Notes under the pieces: generated by a model
The model's input: the letters and a program-made list of their open reading frames with translations, nothing else
Database searches by the model: none
Told to the model about the DNA's origin: nothing
Origin: Eledone cirrhosa
Taxonomy: Eukaryota
Assembly (NCBI GenBank): GCA_964016885.1
Contig: OZ024747.1
Location: forward strand, 36,642,001-36,706,000
Length of the DNA stretch: 64,000 bases
Direction: 5' to 3'
Program-made: the position numbers and the translations under genes
Part shown: one piece after another, positions 39,100 to 56,998 of the stretch
Numbering within the stretch: position 1 is the first letter of the stretch
Layout: each line of letters begins with the position of its first letter

Positions 39100-39103
<4 letters not shown>
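38258..39103. mobile_element. Foldback of a circularly permuted ~530-nt HHR monomer (HHR at 38871-38943 +)
   Basis: ttgctga-CTGAGGA-...-GAAA-cgaa.gcgaga.ttcg-TA-tcagcaa; the left arm reads Y-X and the right arm X-Z-Y; flanked by (TA)n. Confidence 0.8.
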
Positions 39104-39138
<35 letters not shown>

Positions 39139-39141
<3 letters not shown>

Positions 39142-42100
39142 TTAAGGATACTATTTATGGTTATGTATATAATAAAAACATTTTATGGTTATATATCTTT
39201 TTTATACAAACCCCAAATAGTGAAAGATAGTCATTCATTACTATTTTATTACCAGTAAGATAAATAGCTCAATGTAATAACATCGGTTGTTTTACAGAGC
39301 AGTTATATAGAGATTACAATAATCAAAGTTCTGTTTAAATCATTTATTTGCTTACAATTGTTTCCTCCAAACCGAGGTTTGGATTCTTCGGAGCAACTAT
39401 TTAGTGATCTATAACATACTTGACCTCCTTTTCAACACAAGAGACATATAAAAACATATGCATATATTGACCCACAGTGGGATGACATCCATCATAATGA
39501 TATAGTATGGCAATTTACATATAAATGTTAAAGGATAAAAATAAAAATAAAAATAAAAATGAAAATAAAAATAAAAATAAAAATAAAAATAAAAATAAAA
39601 ATAAAAATAAAACATTGGCAGTTTATGAAGATAAAGCAAGGGGAAAGTTTAGAGAAGTCAGTGTATGAAACAATCCCACGCGTAGCATGCATGCGTGTCT
39701 TATTTATACAGGATTAGAGTGCGGCAGATTGTTACTTGTAGGTTCAGGCAGTTAAAGCATGCAATCGATAGTATTATGCGGGCTGTATTGTTAAATCATT
39801 TTTTCGCATACATCTGTATGATATACAATCCCGAATGTAGAGAAACACCAAAATATCAAAAATATCAAACATATTATAAAACATATTATAACATAGGCAA
39901 TACAGTACCATTGTCTTCGCGCACACCACCACTCACATAATCCATGAAACGCAATATATAGACTACAGGTCTATCATACAATCCACGATGGATCAGCATA
40001 GAACCAAATTATAAACCATATCTTGTCGATTTTTAATTAATAGATCATGTTGTTTAGTTTTGTGAGATGATATTTTATTCCGAAATGTGTGTGACCAAGT
40101 GGAGTTAATGCGTAGGTGGAGTTAATGCGTAAGGGGAGGTAACTAGCTGATTTTCTTAGTTAAATTTATTATCCTAAATTACATTAATGGTGTTTCAAAT
40201 AAATGCATATCATATGATGTTATATCTAATTTTTAGATTAAGTTGGCGTGGTGTTGGCAAGATGCGAACACTTCTGATTTTTTATTAAGGAGATTATGGT
40301 TAGAGAAGATGATAGTATGGGTCTCTAGTAGACAGAGGTTGCATCTTGCCAACACCGCTTCCGACACTTTTTCCAAAACTTTAAACCCTATATATAACAA
40401 TGTCAGACTGGAACTGTCACCACCCCTAGCAATTAGCATAGTGGCACACCTTACACCTCATCTCCACACCCATTTATATACTCTAAAGCTAATAGTGGCA
40501 ACCTTATAGTACCATCTACCTTGGAGATACCCCCATGTACTTCTAATTCTGATACCTTGGCCTTGGATTACTTAAACTGCATTGCACAAATATGTGATTA
40601 ATATAAACTGTAGACACTGTATTGGTTGTGCTAACATAATCCTGTGCATGGAGTGCCACCATGAGATAGATGGATGGTTAAATAATTAATTTATTATTAA
40701 ATGACTATATATTCTATACGATGAGTACAATAAATTATGCACAGGCGATATATGAGTTAGGAGTTTCTATATTGCTTGATGACCAGATTAGTGTCTTTTG
40801 ATGGGAGAACTGGTCCCCAGACCACCCTGGTGATATTTGAATTTACCAGGGATTCAGTCATACAATGACCCGGAACTTACCGGGAGTCTTATATAGTAAT
40901 AAGACCTTTATTAGTAATAAGACCATTATACATATAATTGATTTTAAAGTCTGACTCTTCTTATAGATTGTTCAGGTGTGGCACTCCATATTGGATTGTA
41001 ATCATCATGATATGAAGTCCTTTAGTACTTCTTAATAGACTGCACTCTAATTTATAGATAGGAAACCTAATTTGATGTATATATGAGATGGGAGTTTATG
41101 TATTGCTTGATGGCCAGACTAGTGTCTTTATATGAGAGAATTGATCTCCGGACCACCCTGGAGATATTTTAATTTGCCAAGGATTCGGACATACAATGAC
41201 CCAGAGCTTACCGGGAGTCATATATAATAATAAGACCCTGCTAGGTTCTGCGGGTGGACTTCACTTACAAAGAACATTGATTTGGAGGTCTGACTCTTCT
41301 TATAGAATGTTCAGATATGACACTCCCTAATAGAAGGTAATCATCCTGATATATACACCTTTAGTACTTCTTAATAGACTACACTCTAACCTATAGATAA
41401 GTAACTTAATCTAAAAATTAGATATAACATCATATGATATGTATTTATTTGAAACACCATTAATGTAATTTAGGATAATAAATTTAACTAAGAAAATCAG
41501 CTAGTTACCTCCCCTTACGCATTAACTCCCCTTACGCATGCATTAACTCCCCTTGGTCACACACACACTTCCGGAATATAATATCATCTCACAAAACTAA
41601 ACAACATGATCTATTAATTAAAAATCGACAAGATATGGTTTATAATTTGGTTCTATGCTGATCCATCGTGGATTGTATGATAGACCTGTAGTCTATATAT
41701 TGCGTTTCATGGATTATGTGAGTGGTGGTGTGCGCGAAGACAGTGGTACTGTTTTGCCTATGTTATAATACAGGTGTATGTGAAAAAATTATTTAACAAT
41801 ACAGCCCGCATAATACTATCGATTGCATGCTTTAACTGCCTACCCCTACAAGTAACAATCTGCCGCACTCTAATCCTGTATAAATAAGACACGCATACAT
41901 GCTACGCGTGGGATTGTTTCATACACTGACTTCTCTAAACTTTTCTCTTGCTTTATCTTCATAAACTGCCAATGTTTCATTTTTATTTTTATTTTTATCC
42001 TTTAACCTTTATATGTAAATTGCCATACTATATCATTATGATGGATGTCATCCCACTGTGGGTCAATATATGCATATGTTTTTATATGTCTCTTGTGTTG

Positions 42101-42208
42101 AAAAGGAGGTCAAGTATGTTATAGATCACCTCGGTTTGTGGCACACCACTCTGGAGGAAACAATTGTAAGCAAATAAATGATTTAAACTGAACTTTGATT
42201 ATTGTAAT
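39139..42208 (-). mobile_element. Naiad-like PLE 3' end with 800-930-bp inverted arms
   Basis: Arms 39313-40244 and 41402-42208; EN C-terminus RCNLCLLE..LLNKKSEVFASCQH at 40233-40390 (-); HHR at 39348-39396 (-); ~330-bp direct duplication in the spacer. Confidence 0.85.
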
Positions 42209-42234
42209 ATATATATATATGTGTGTATATAGAT

Positions 42235-43020
<786 letters not shown>

Positions 43021-43099
43021 CCTAAATATATATATAAGCAAAGTGGATATTTAATTTGTTGGTAATTCAACAAATAGATTTATTTATAACTAATTCGAA

Positions 43100-46000
43100 G
43101 CACTCGACTGGTTGTCATGGAGAGTTGAGAAGCCTGTCGCCTTGTGCAAAATCCTCCCTCGGAGAACAAATTTCACTTTTTTATCTTCATAGTAGCACTA
43201 AGAATACGTTTCAAGAAAAGTTTGGAGAAGAAAGGGATAAGAAAGAGTAGAAGGTAACATGTTATATCTAAGCCAATCACGTATTAATATGTCCTGAAAG
43301 AAGAATAGTGAACATTGCTTTGAAACGTGATGTAGCGTGAAAACTTTACGGAGTAATTTTCGAATCAGTATGATATTTACTTCCTGACACACGTTTGCTG
43401 AGTGATTTATTGAAACCTTAGCTTTCATTGAATTTAGAAGTTGATTATATATAATACATATAACGTCTGTCTTCTTCATTAGCTGGCTGTTGCAGTCCAG
43501 TTCGCTTTTCTGGGTTTGGAAGGTGGTTGCGGGTTCGTATAGCAGGAGTCATGAGTTCAAGTTGGCGTTTGGTTTAGGGCGTTTGCTAATGTTTTGACTA
43601 ACTTACTCATTGATATTTGACTTTATTTTGTTCTTGAACCTCAAATGAACTTTTATCTGTGTGCACTATTGTATCTAGAGAGTACCAATTTCGAGTGTTA
43701 TTGAACACAATTTTCGAGAGTTATTGCACTCGCAGCTACAACAATAGGAGATTGTGGTGATGTGCTTATGCTACATAAAATCATGATTTCAATGTTTTCT
43801 ACAGTGTAGTTAAAATATATCTCTTAAAATCATAAATTTACAAAGAAATCCAATAGACGTAACCACTCTATATTTCTAAAACACAAAATGCAATTATTTT
43901 AATGTTTCATATTCATATCATAACTTATATTATGTATATATATGTATATAATCTGTATATATGTAATCATTACTTACGTCTTTAAACATATATACAGGTG
44001 ATCTCATCAGTTATTAATCACTGAATTTATCATTGGTTCTTTTCTATATGTTCTTTGTACAGGTTTATAATTTTTTCTTGTTTGTATGAAATGTCGTATT
44101 TATTAGTTTTCATCTGTTATTCTCAGAAGTAAAAAAGAATAAACGATACTATTTTGTGTTGTGTCAACGAATATATTTATTATTTGAAGACTTAACTTTA
44201 AAATTTGCTGAAGATAAGGAAACTCACTATCTGATTAACATAATCTCTTCCCTAATCTTTCCACTTATTTCATAAAATAATGTTAATATGATATAGCAAA
44301 CTACTTTCACAAATACGAGTAGTCAGTGCATCAAGGATAATTGTATATTCGTTGACCTCATATTATACTACATTATATATGATTGAATATTAACTAGAAT
44401 ATATTGTATATATATATACAGGAAATGTATAAATTTACATTTCTCTAAAAATTTAATAAACGCGTAGGTACTTCTGTGTAGTTCAGATATACTCATTGCG
44501 ACCACAAGCACGGGGATTCAATCTCACGGAGCGGCAATTTGTACAAGTACCTTCTACTATATCCATAGTTTGAGCAACCTATTGTAAGTGGAATTTGCTA
44601 GTTGGAGACTAGGTGAAAGCCGTTCTTATATGTTATGGATGTACATATGTGCGCAGGTACGCAAACACAATATATACGTGTGTAAAGGAAATCCCGAATG
44701 TATGAAACCGTAACTAGTCGTCGAATGATATGGGTACCATAGTAACATATGGCTTAGACTGAGACATTTAAAAATGCCGAAAGCTATCCCCTCCCCATGT
44801 CTGAACACAGTCGATTTCAAAAACAGATGGAGGTTGGTAGTAACAGAGATGAAGTGGGGAAGAGATATAGAGGCATATTTTTATTCACATCAAAATGATG
44901 AAAGTCAAAGTTAGCCTCAGCAAGCAGAGTGCCTTTTAGAATGCCGCATAGCATTCTATCCGAAATTCAAGCAACTTTACCAATTCTCCGTTTCCTGAGA
45001 AAACCATAAACAATGTGAAAAAAATATTTACGATGCTAACGTTCTCACAATGTTTAAAGATTCTGTTACAAAGCTTATTCATATCGGCTTGTCACAAACA
45101 AAGCCAACACCCATAAAGTTTGCCATATATAACTTTATAAAATACGCTTCAGTAGCAAAAGAGAATAATCTCAATAATATAATAAATATTGTTATACTCT
45201 ACTTTGTTCTTTAAAAATTGATTCTCGTCATGTATATATATATATTTATATGAATGAATGACAGCTGCTACATCTTTCTGAAAAGGTCCATCACTTCAAC
45301 ATATGGGTGAGCAATGCATCCCCAAAATGTCATGCTCAAATGCTTAATACTCGTCCAAAGCATGTTACTATTCAGGTTAACATTGCTGCGACGGTAGGAT
45401 AAGACTTGAGCCACGTGTAGATTTGTAACTATGTGATTTTAACCGGTCGTATCTGCACACGCTGCCACTCCCCCAACGACGTGGAACATGTGCAGAAATA
45501 TCTAATCATAAAGATGGTACTGGTATGTGCTTGGTTACACTTATAGCACCCACTCTATGCTCGCAGCTGTGTCCAGTGACAAAAGAAGGCAAGAAAGCAA
45601 GACAGTTACGAGGATCATATCTGGTATTGTCATTCAGTTTAACCTCTTCAGGGGATGTAGCCGCACTCAACACGCTTAACCATTTGCATTTAAGTGAAGC
45701 TACTTAACCCATAGTTCAGGTGGATGGCCGTTGACTCTAAGAGGTTCATCCGCACTTTTACAGCTCTTGGTTTTGTGGTGCTGAGTTTCCACTTGCTTCC
45801 TCGTCAGACCAGTGTCTGGTGGAGGACCAGTTTAGTAACCGACCACCCGGCGATAAAACAGGTTGTACTGGGCTAAATGGTACCAATAGTGGTCAGAGAC
45901 CTGTAGAGACATACGTGTGTGTGTGGGAGGGGGTGTCACTGTGTCTTAGTATGAATCTATATCTTCGATTAATGATCAAATGTGTTGTAACATATTATGT

Positions 46001-46950
46001 TATCCTTTTATCTCATACCTGAAAATACGACTTCTTTAAATAAACATCTGTAGAAGTGTTATTACTCATCACTAACTGTGTGTGATATAATGGACATAAA
46101 CAATTGATGTCTTATCCCAAAAGTTGCTGCAATCCAAAACAGAATAAGAAAATTGTAGCAGCTTTATTGTGATTGTTTTAATAAGACAAAATATATGGAA
46201 TGAAAATGTTTATACGAACAGGAGAAAAATTAATTATAAACAAGAAACTACTCATTTAGTAATTCTAGCTACTGAGTTGTAACCAGGATGGAGCGTTATA
46301 TCAATGGTTCTAAAGATTGATTTACAACCCTCCTCAAGGAATGCAACTGTAAATATGGATTTTTCCCGTAGGTTGTAACCTTGTTAGGATGCTATGTTTA
46401 TGAGAATAATCACTGTATTTTAGTACCGCGATATTAGCTTGAAATGGTGTAGTGTAAATCAATGCATTTTTTTAAAGGGCGACATTAAGAGACAGATGTC
46501 GAACACCGTTGCTCAACCTCTGGCTGAAGCAACATTATGTTACTCATATCATTTCTGTGCATGGGAAAGTTAGGAAGTTTAATGGTCCCAATGACATCCA
46601 AAATCGATAGGTTTCATTTTAAACCATTATTTATATAATTATAATTGACCAGATTTCGTAAATGCCATGAAAGTCTCACAGTATTCAATTTGATTTTCAT
46701 GGTTCGATTTTCGAATCATACCTGGATGGATTTCGTTCCAGCCGGTACCCATAAAATATAAGATCAATAAATAACAGTAGTGGATTTGAATCAATATTTA
46801 CAATCAACATTTTATTTATTTACCCTTCAAAATTTTGCATTTGTGCCTATGAATGAAATCAATATTGATATAAAAAAATGATAAACATAATACCAGAACA
46901 ACTCTTGCAATAAAAATATAATGGAGAAACGAAGAGAATTTCGATGACAT
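43100..46950 (-). pseudogene. Probable GT11 (FUT1/2-like alpha-1,2-fucosyltransferase) pseudogene
   Basis: Exon 46824-46950 encodes a type-II anchor (MSSKFSSFLHYIFIARVVLVLCLSFFYINI..G|GTAAAT); SGQL near 46645 (compare GRLGN); KPYVTMVPI-xIRR at 44713-44760 (compare VGxHxRRGD); HNLL-VVAAS..RNW near 43690-43760. Confidence 0.4.
44470..44625 (+). mobile_element. Old tRNA-head SINE
   Basis: ggattcaatctc..caagtaccttctactata..ttgtaagtggaatttg..gaaagccgtt. Confidence 0.55.
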
Positions 46951-47267
46951 AAACGATACCACAGCTAATGGACCACAACAATCGTTCAGTGAAAACAATA
47001 ACAGTACGTAAACTGTCACGAATCGTTCGAGCGCTCCATCCTTATCAGAGAAATGCGATATTGTAAATCAATTCACTTCTTTCTCTTTTCCTTACCCCGT
47101 ATGGTTTATCTGTCTGTTTAACGAAAACGATATATATATTATTTTATATTGATACACGCATCAATTACCGCATCCTAACTCTCTAATTCTTTCTCCCCCA
47201 CCCCCTCTCTCTCTTTCAATGTCTCTTCCTCTCTCCATCGATCAATCTAGATTTCTCTCACACTATT

Positions 47268-47327
<60 letters not shown>

Positions 47328-47700
47328 TACATATATATATATATACATGAGAGAGAGAGGGAGAAAAAGAGACAGAGAAAGAAAGAAAGAGAGAGAGAAT
47401 GAAAGACATGTGTACATATATGCATACGCATTATATATATATACATATGCACCTCAGATTATATATGGCCAATTGATTTCCAATTTTAGAATTTATGGCA
47501 TTTATACTGTATTACATTATGTTCATCTACTTCGTCATTTCAAACTGGGGTACACGAAAATACGAACGTCTCAGAACACAACACAAGACAAAATTTGACT
47601 AAAAAAGTTTTCCCGTGTCATATCAATTCGGAATGTGTTTACTATAAAGAGGTAGAAATAGACAAGAGATATAGATAGATAGATAGATATAGATAGATAC

Positions 47701-47740
<40 letters not shown>

Positions 47741-47744
<4 letters not shown>

Positions 47745-47875
47745 AACGAGTAGGACCCCGACGGCTGAGGTCAAGCCGTTTCGACGGCTAATTCTGGACC
47801 CCAATCTACTACCCTAAGTATTGAGTACTTTGGTGCGTTATGGTCCATCTGGTTCCTTACCACATTTCCTTCGTT
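47741..47875. mobile_element. Minimal two-ended derivative of the 311-2580 family
   Basis: 47741-47799 matches 389-447; 47801-47875 is the reverse complement of 310-386; flanked by (TA)n. Confidence 0.85.
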
Positions 47876-48008
47876 ATATATATATATGTATATATATATA
47901 TGTGTATGTATATATCTATATATATATATATATATATATAAATATATATATATATATTTATATATTTATATATATATATGTGTGTGTATATATATATATA
48001 TATATACA

Positions 48009-48766
48009 TTTCGAAGGTATATTTTGAGTTAGGAACTCAAAATAGTCTCTTACAATAAAATAGCTCTAAGAAAGAGATATTTCCGAGTCGTATATTATAA
48101 TTGAATATAAAAGAAAAACGAACACAGATATATAGATATATAGATTGTTTCTTGAATTGAGACAGGCAAACCCTATTGTCTATTGTTAGTATTCTTTTCA
48201 CCTTAGCGAATATGGTCCCTTGCGATCTGTGTTCGTTTTTTTTTATATTCAATTATAATATACGGCTCGGAAATATCTCTTTCTTAGGGCTATTTTATTG
48301 TAAGAGACTATTTTGAGTTCCTAACTCAATATATGCCTTCGATATATTCGGCTCCGTTAATTTGTTGAGCTATTTCAAATGTCGAATAAATCCGGCTGCT
48401 ATTTTTAGTGGTGTAAGTTTGTGAGACACGCTAAGATACCATGTGCGTTATTATATATATAGCATACTATTTAGTTTCTTAATATACTTAGAAGTGTCTA
48501 GGATACTCATTTATCACCCACTGATGAGCAAGAATTGGTAATTCTATTGACAATTAATATTGCGAAACAGCACCAAGTTGTCTGGGTGATTGGTAGTTAC
48601 CACAATTCCGGTTTGTATTTATTTTCTTTATTTTTTCTTAAATTGAGACAGGCAAACCCTCTTGTCGATAGCTAGTATACTTTTCACCTTAGCGAATCTG
48701 GTCGCTTGCGATTTCAACACATATATCTATATCTATATATCTGTGTTCGTTTTTCTTTTATATTCA

Positions 48767-48775
<9 letters not shown>
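48009..48775. mobile_element. Foldback plus tandem ~490-nt monomer with a canonical HHR
   Basis: aattgagacaggcaaaccct recurs at about 48155 and 48641; 48009-48140 is inverted to 48225-48342. Confidence 0.8.
48513..48590 (+). ncRNA. Type I hammerhead ribozyme
   Basis: atcaccca-CTGATGA-gcaa...ttgc-GAAA-cagc.accaa.gttg-TC-tgggtgat (8-bp stem I). Confidence 0.9.
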
Positions 48776-48832
<57 letters not shown>

Positions 48833-48984
48833 TTGGTGCTCTGAAATAGTGATGCATATAAGAATGTATATATTGTGTATTTGGTAATACACTGTATGCA
48901 TAATTAAAAGCATTTTGAAGACCTTACGCTATTGTTTTAAAGTAGTAACTATGTCACTTCTTTTTTCAACAAACAAAGGGAGAT

Positions 48985-49030
48985 AAGCTGACAGATCTCT
49001 GTTTCATACTGTTGGTATTCCTCAGAGCTT
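48985..49030 (-). ncRNA. Hammerhead ribozyme in an inverted pLTR (48826-49107)
   Basis: aagct-CTGAGGA-atac.caaca.gtat-GAAA-cagagatctg-TC-agctt. Confidence 0.85.
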
Positions 49031-49115
49031 AGCACCCCCCTTGTTTGTTGATAATTATGAAAGTTGGATTCTTATAGAATTCCAGTAATACTCAGGAATT
49101 GATTATACAACCCCA

Positions 49116-49649
49116 GTGTGCTGGAGACAAACGGATACAAGCAGAGTAAGAGACACCAGACGCAAGAGGCAGAGAAACACCCAAGGCAAGCGGTTCCTTA
49201 AAATCCCGCACCTGGGTGAGAAAACCACCAACGCTATCCGCAGGGCTATGCGGAGAGAGAGCCTCGACATCCACTCGGGCCCCTTCCTACGGAGATGCCT
49301 CTCGAGGAAACCCGGGATGTTGACCGACGCGTGTTCCCTCAGCAACTGTCTGATGCGCCAAACGAACTGTTGCTTAGGCACGTATGTTGTGTACAAGTTA
49401 GAATGTGACAAGTGCAATTACTACTATATTGGTAGCACAATCCGGCCACTACATATCCGGATCAAGGAGCACATCTTTCAGGAAACACATGACCAAATGC
49501 GGAAACAAAGACGGAAGGCCTATTGTCACAGTGCTAGCGACAGAACGCAACTCGGCACTTTAAGAATCAAGGAAGCACTTTGGATCAAACGCCTAGGACC
49601 ACAAATAAATAACCGATCCGAGAGGAGCGAGACGAGATCGCTGGTGTAA
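49116..49649 (+). CDS. PLE C-terminal GIY-YIG endonuclease fragment
   Basis: FLKIPHLGE..CSLSNC..VVYKLECDKCNYYYIGSTIRPLHIRIKEH..LRIKEALWIKRLGPQINNR. Confidence 0.85.
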   Translation: MCWRQTDTSRVRDTRRKRQRNTQGKRFLKIPHLGEKTTNAIRRAMRRESLDIHSGPFLRRCLSRKPGMLTDACSLSNCLMRQTNCCLGTYVVYKLECDKCNYYYIGSTIRPLHIRIKEHIFQETHDQMRKQRRKAYCHSASDRTQLGTLRIKEALWIKRLGPQINNRSERSETRSLV

Positions 49650-50200
49650 ACAAACTAAACAACAACACACGCACACACAAACACAGTGGCAATCGAACGA
49701 TTGTTATTGTGTGTATAGCGCGCCCACCATCCACCGACCAACAAACAACAACCAGGCAGACTACCAACACTGCCAGTATCAAAGACTGAATATAGGTAGT
49801 ATAATAGATTGACAGAGATGCACCACCCCACTACCTTAGTAAAGAGGAACTGCCTCGACCTTTGCTTGACCGCAGCTATTCCGCGCGCACGCGCGCTCTA
49901 CAGCATATCTCAGTTGTCCACAAACGGCGGTAAACAGAGGCCACGTACGGTTCCTCTCCAACTAAAACTTTTCCCCTCGGAAAACCCCCAATTCATGGAT
50001 GCGAAATCCGAAATATAAGGACAATTAAATCTCTTCCAATGTAACTTTATCTCGTGTTTTTATTATTTTTACGCGCACTCCTACGTTCCTCTATACACTA
50101 TACGTCCCATTCTACATTTCTTCTTACATCTCTCTCTTCACCACCGGATTCTGTTACCCGGAGATTTACCCATCTGCATTGTTGAGGCTTCCAAAACGAC

Positions 50201-50275
<75 letters not shown>

Positions 50276-51555
50276 AAGAGAGAGAGATACATATAGAGAG
50301 ATGACTAGATAGATACATAGATATATGCATTTATAAATAGAAACATATAGAGATGGATGTATGGTTATATAGACACCATCATTTATATACACTAAAATGC
50401 TAAAAAAAAGAGTAAATCTGACTTAATAGAACAAAACCAAACAGTTACGCAACGATATCGTAAGGTAAAATTCAAAATGGGTGTTAAGCCAATATCTAAT
50501 GTTCGGAGAATGCATCCAAAGAATATTTCCAACTCTTTATAAGTAAATAACGTGCGTTGAGTGCAAACACTGAGTGCTTAAGTACTTGTATTATAAGCTG
50601 GATTATTCAGAATAATGTTTTCATCTTGGTTTGGTTGCTATGATCCCAATGATCCCACCATCATATCTTAAAGGATTCTTCGAGAATTCGAATATTACCG
50701 AATACAACAAGCCCCTGAAGAGACTTGTTACTCATTTTCGATCTCGCAATAACACCAATCCATATAATGTATAACCTAGATAGGGCCTCACGCATGTAAA
50801 TATCGCCCCGTAACTCGAGAGGGAGACATGTGGGCGCCGTATTGATATATGGCGTTTCTAGGGCATTTTTAAATCTGGCAGATCTGATCCTTTCTCCAGT
50901 TTTGTACATAACAGAGAAGGATAGAGAGTGTGAGAAATAGATATATAAGACGAATCTGCCCGAGTACTAAACTGGTACATTTTAATCAACCTCCAATGGA
51001 TGAAAAGCAAAGCTGCTCATGCCGCGAAGTGAACACTGAGAGCCTACAATTATCATTATCTATTTTCTTTCCATGATGCTTTATAATTATTTGGCCAATC
51101 AGCTAATATATATTTATGCACCCTGCTCCTTAATTCTCCCTACTAAATAATTTTATGTTATATTTTCATCAAATATTGTCTCCAAAAAGGTTCTACAACA
51201 ATATATTCATAAACCTATCTTACTATATGTTGGTTTGTATGTTTGTTAGTAAAGAAACACTTTCTTTCGTTTTAGATATATACTGTATAGCCATAACATG
51301 ATAATGAAGCATACTCGTTTTGAACTGTATGAGAAACCAAACATTAATGTAGCCTAAAGGCAAATCAGACAGGTTTCATTGAAAATGTGTTGTATGTTCG
51401 GTTCAGTGAAATATTTACTGCACCATTGGTTCTTATCCACTAAAGATTACATGGGAGAAATTACCAAATTGAAACAGCAGAAAATATCCTGAGGCCTTTC
51501 AATTAATTTAGCGTGGGATTTCCTACCTTTACGCCCCTCCCCCCCCCCTCTCTCT

Positions 51556-51619
<64 letters not shown>

Positions 51620-52036
51620 TCTCAATCCCTTTCTGTGCGTATGTATGTAATTATGTATATATACACGTGTATATATATGCCACCAGTTCTTTGAGAAAAC
51701 AACACCATACTTCAGGACTGGGCATATCAACAGATCGAAATAACAGAGGTAAACTTTGCGCCATCGTTATGTTTTTCTGTTTTTTTCTGTTCAGGTTCTA
51801 GCTCTGTGATGAGGTCATAGCTGTTGATTAATGGTTATCACCGAAATATATATAACGGGGAAAATGAATAAACGAATGTAATTTTAAGCTGTTTACTTAC
51901 ACTGCTTGTTTTTAAATTACTCCGGAGTAAACAGAACAACCTGCGCACTTTGTTCAGTGCTCTACCCCGCATAATAAAGTGCCGGTAACTAACCTACGCA
52001 AATTTATATGTATATATATATATATGTATATATATG

Positions 52037-56002
<3,966 letters not shown>

Positions 56003-56015
56003 GTATATATATATC

Positions 56016-56397
<382 letters not shown>

Positions 56398-56768
56398 ACT
56401 CAAGTATAAGTTTGGTAAAAATATCCAAGGGGAAGAGCTGCTGCACGTGATAAATTGTGTTTGTTATTGTTGTTGCCAACGATGCTGACTCCAGTGTCGG
56501 TAATGGTAACACCCTTCATAGTGGTGGTGAGGGGGTGCAGTCAACGTTTGAGCTTCTGTCATATGACAGCTGGCTTAACCTTGTGGGGGCGTATTCCGTC
56601 CATATTTTTGACAGAAATAAGTTTTTGAAAGAATAAAGTTCAAATATTTGTGCCTTCGGCCCAAATATTATCCAGTGTCCATTCTAGAGATCAATATATA
56701 TGAACTTATCGACAGTTATCAAAAAGCTTTTCCACAATTAGCAATCCAAAACAACTTAAAACAATAAA

Positions 56769-56998
56769 CGTAAGGATGAAAGGCAAAGTTAACCTCGACA
56801 GGATTTGGACTCGGACCATAAAGGGCCGTAACTCTATGCTATAAAGCATGGCGTTAGACCCTCTACAGATACTGCCAATCCACCGCCCTTACACGGTATC
56901 TAATAATTGTTTCTACTTTTGGCACAAGGCCAGCAATTACCCAGTACATTACTGGTACTTTATTTTATCGACCCCGTAATTACACGGTATCTAATAAT
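56769..56998 (-). mobile_element. SINE with its halves in swapped order and a 19-bp direct repeat
   Basis: ttacacggtatctaataat at 56889-56907 and 56980-56998. Confidence 0.75.

Noticed and set aside
45770-45815. CTGACGA..GAAA on the minus strand (similar cases at 34175-34215, 3354 and 13376)
   Set aside because: Stems I and II cannot be formed, so these were not called as hammerheads.
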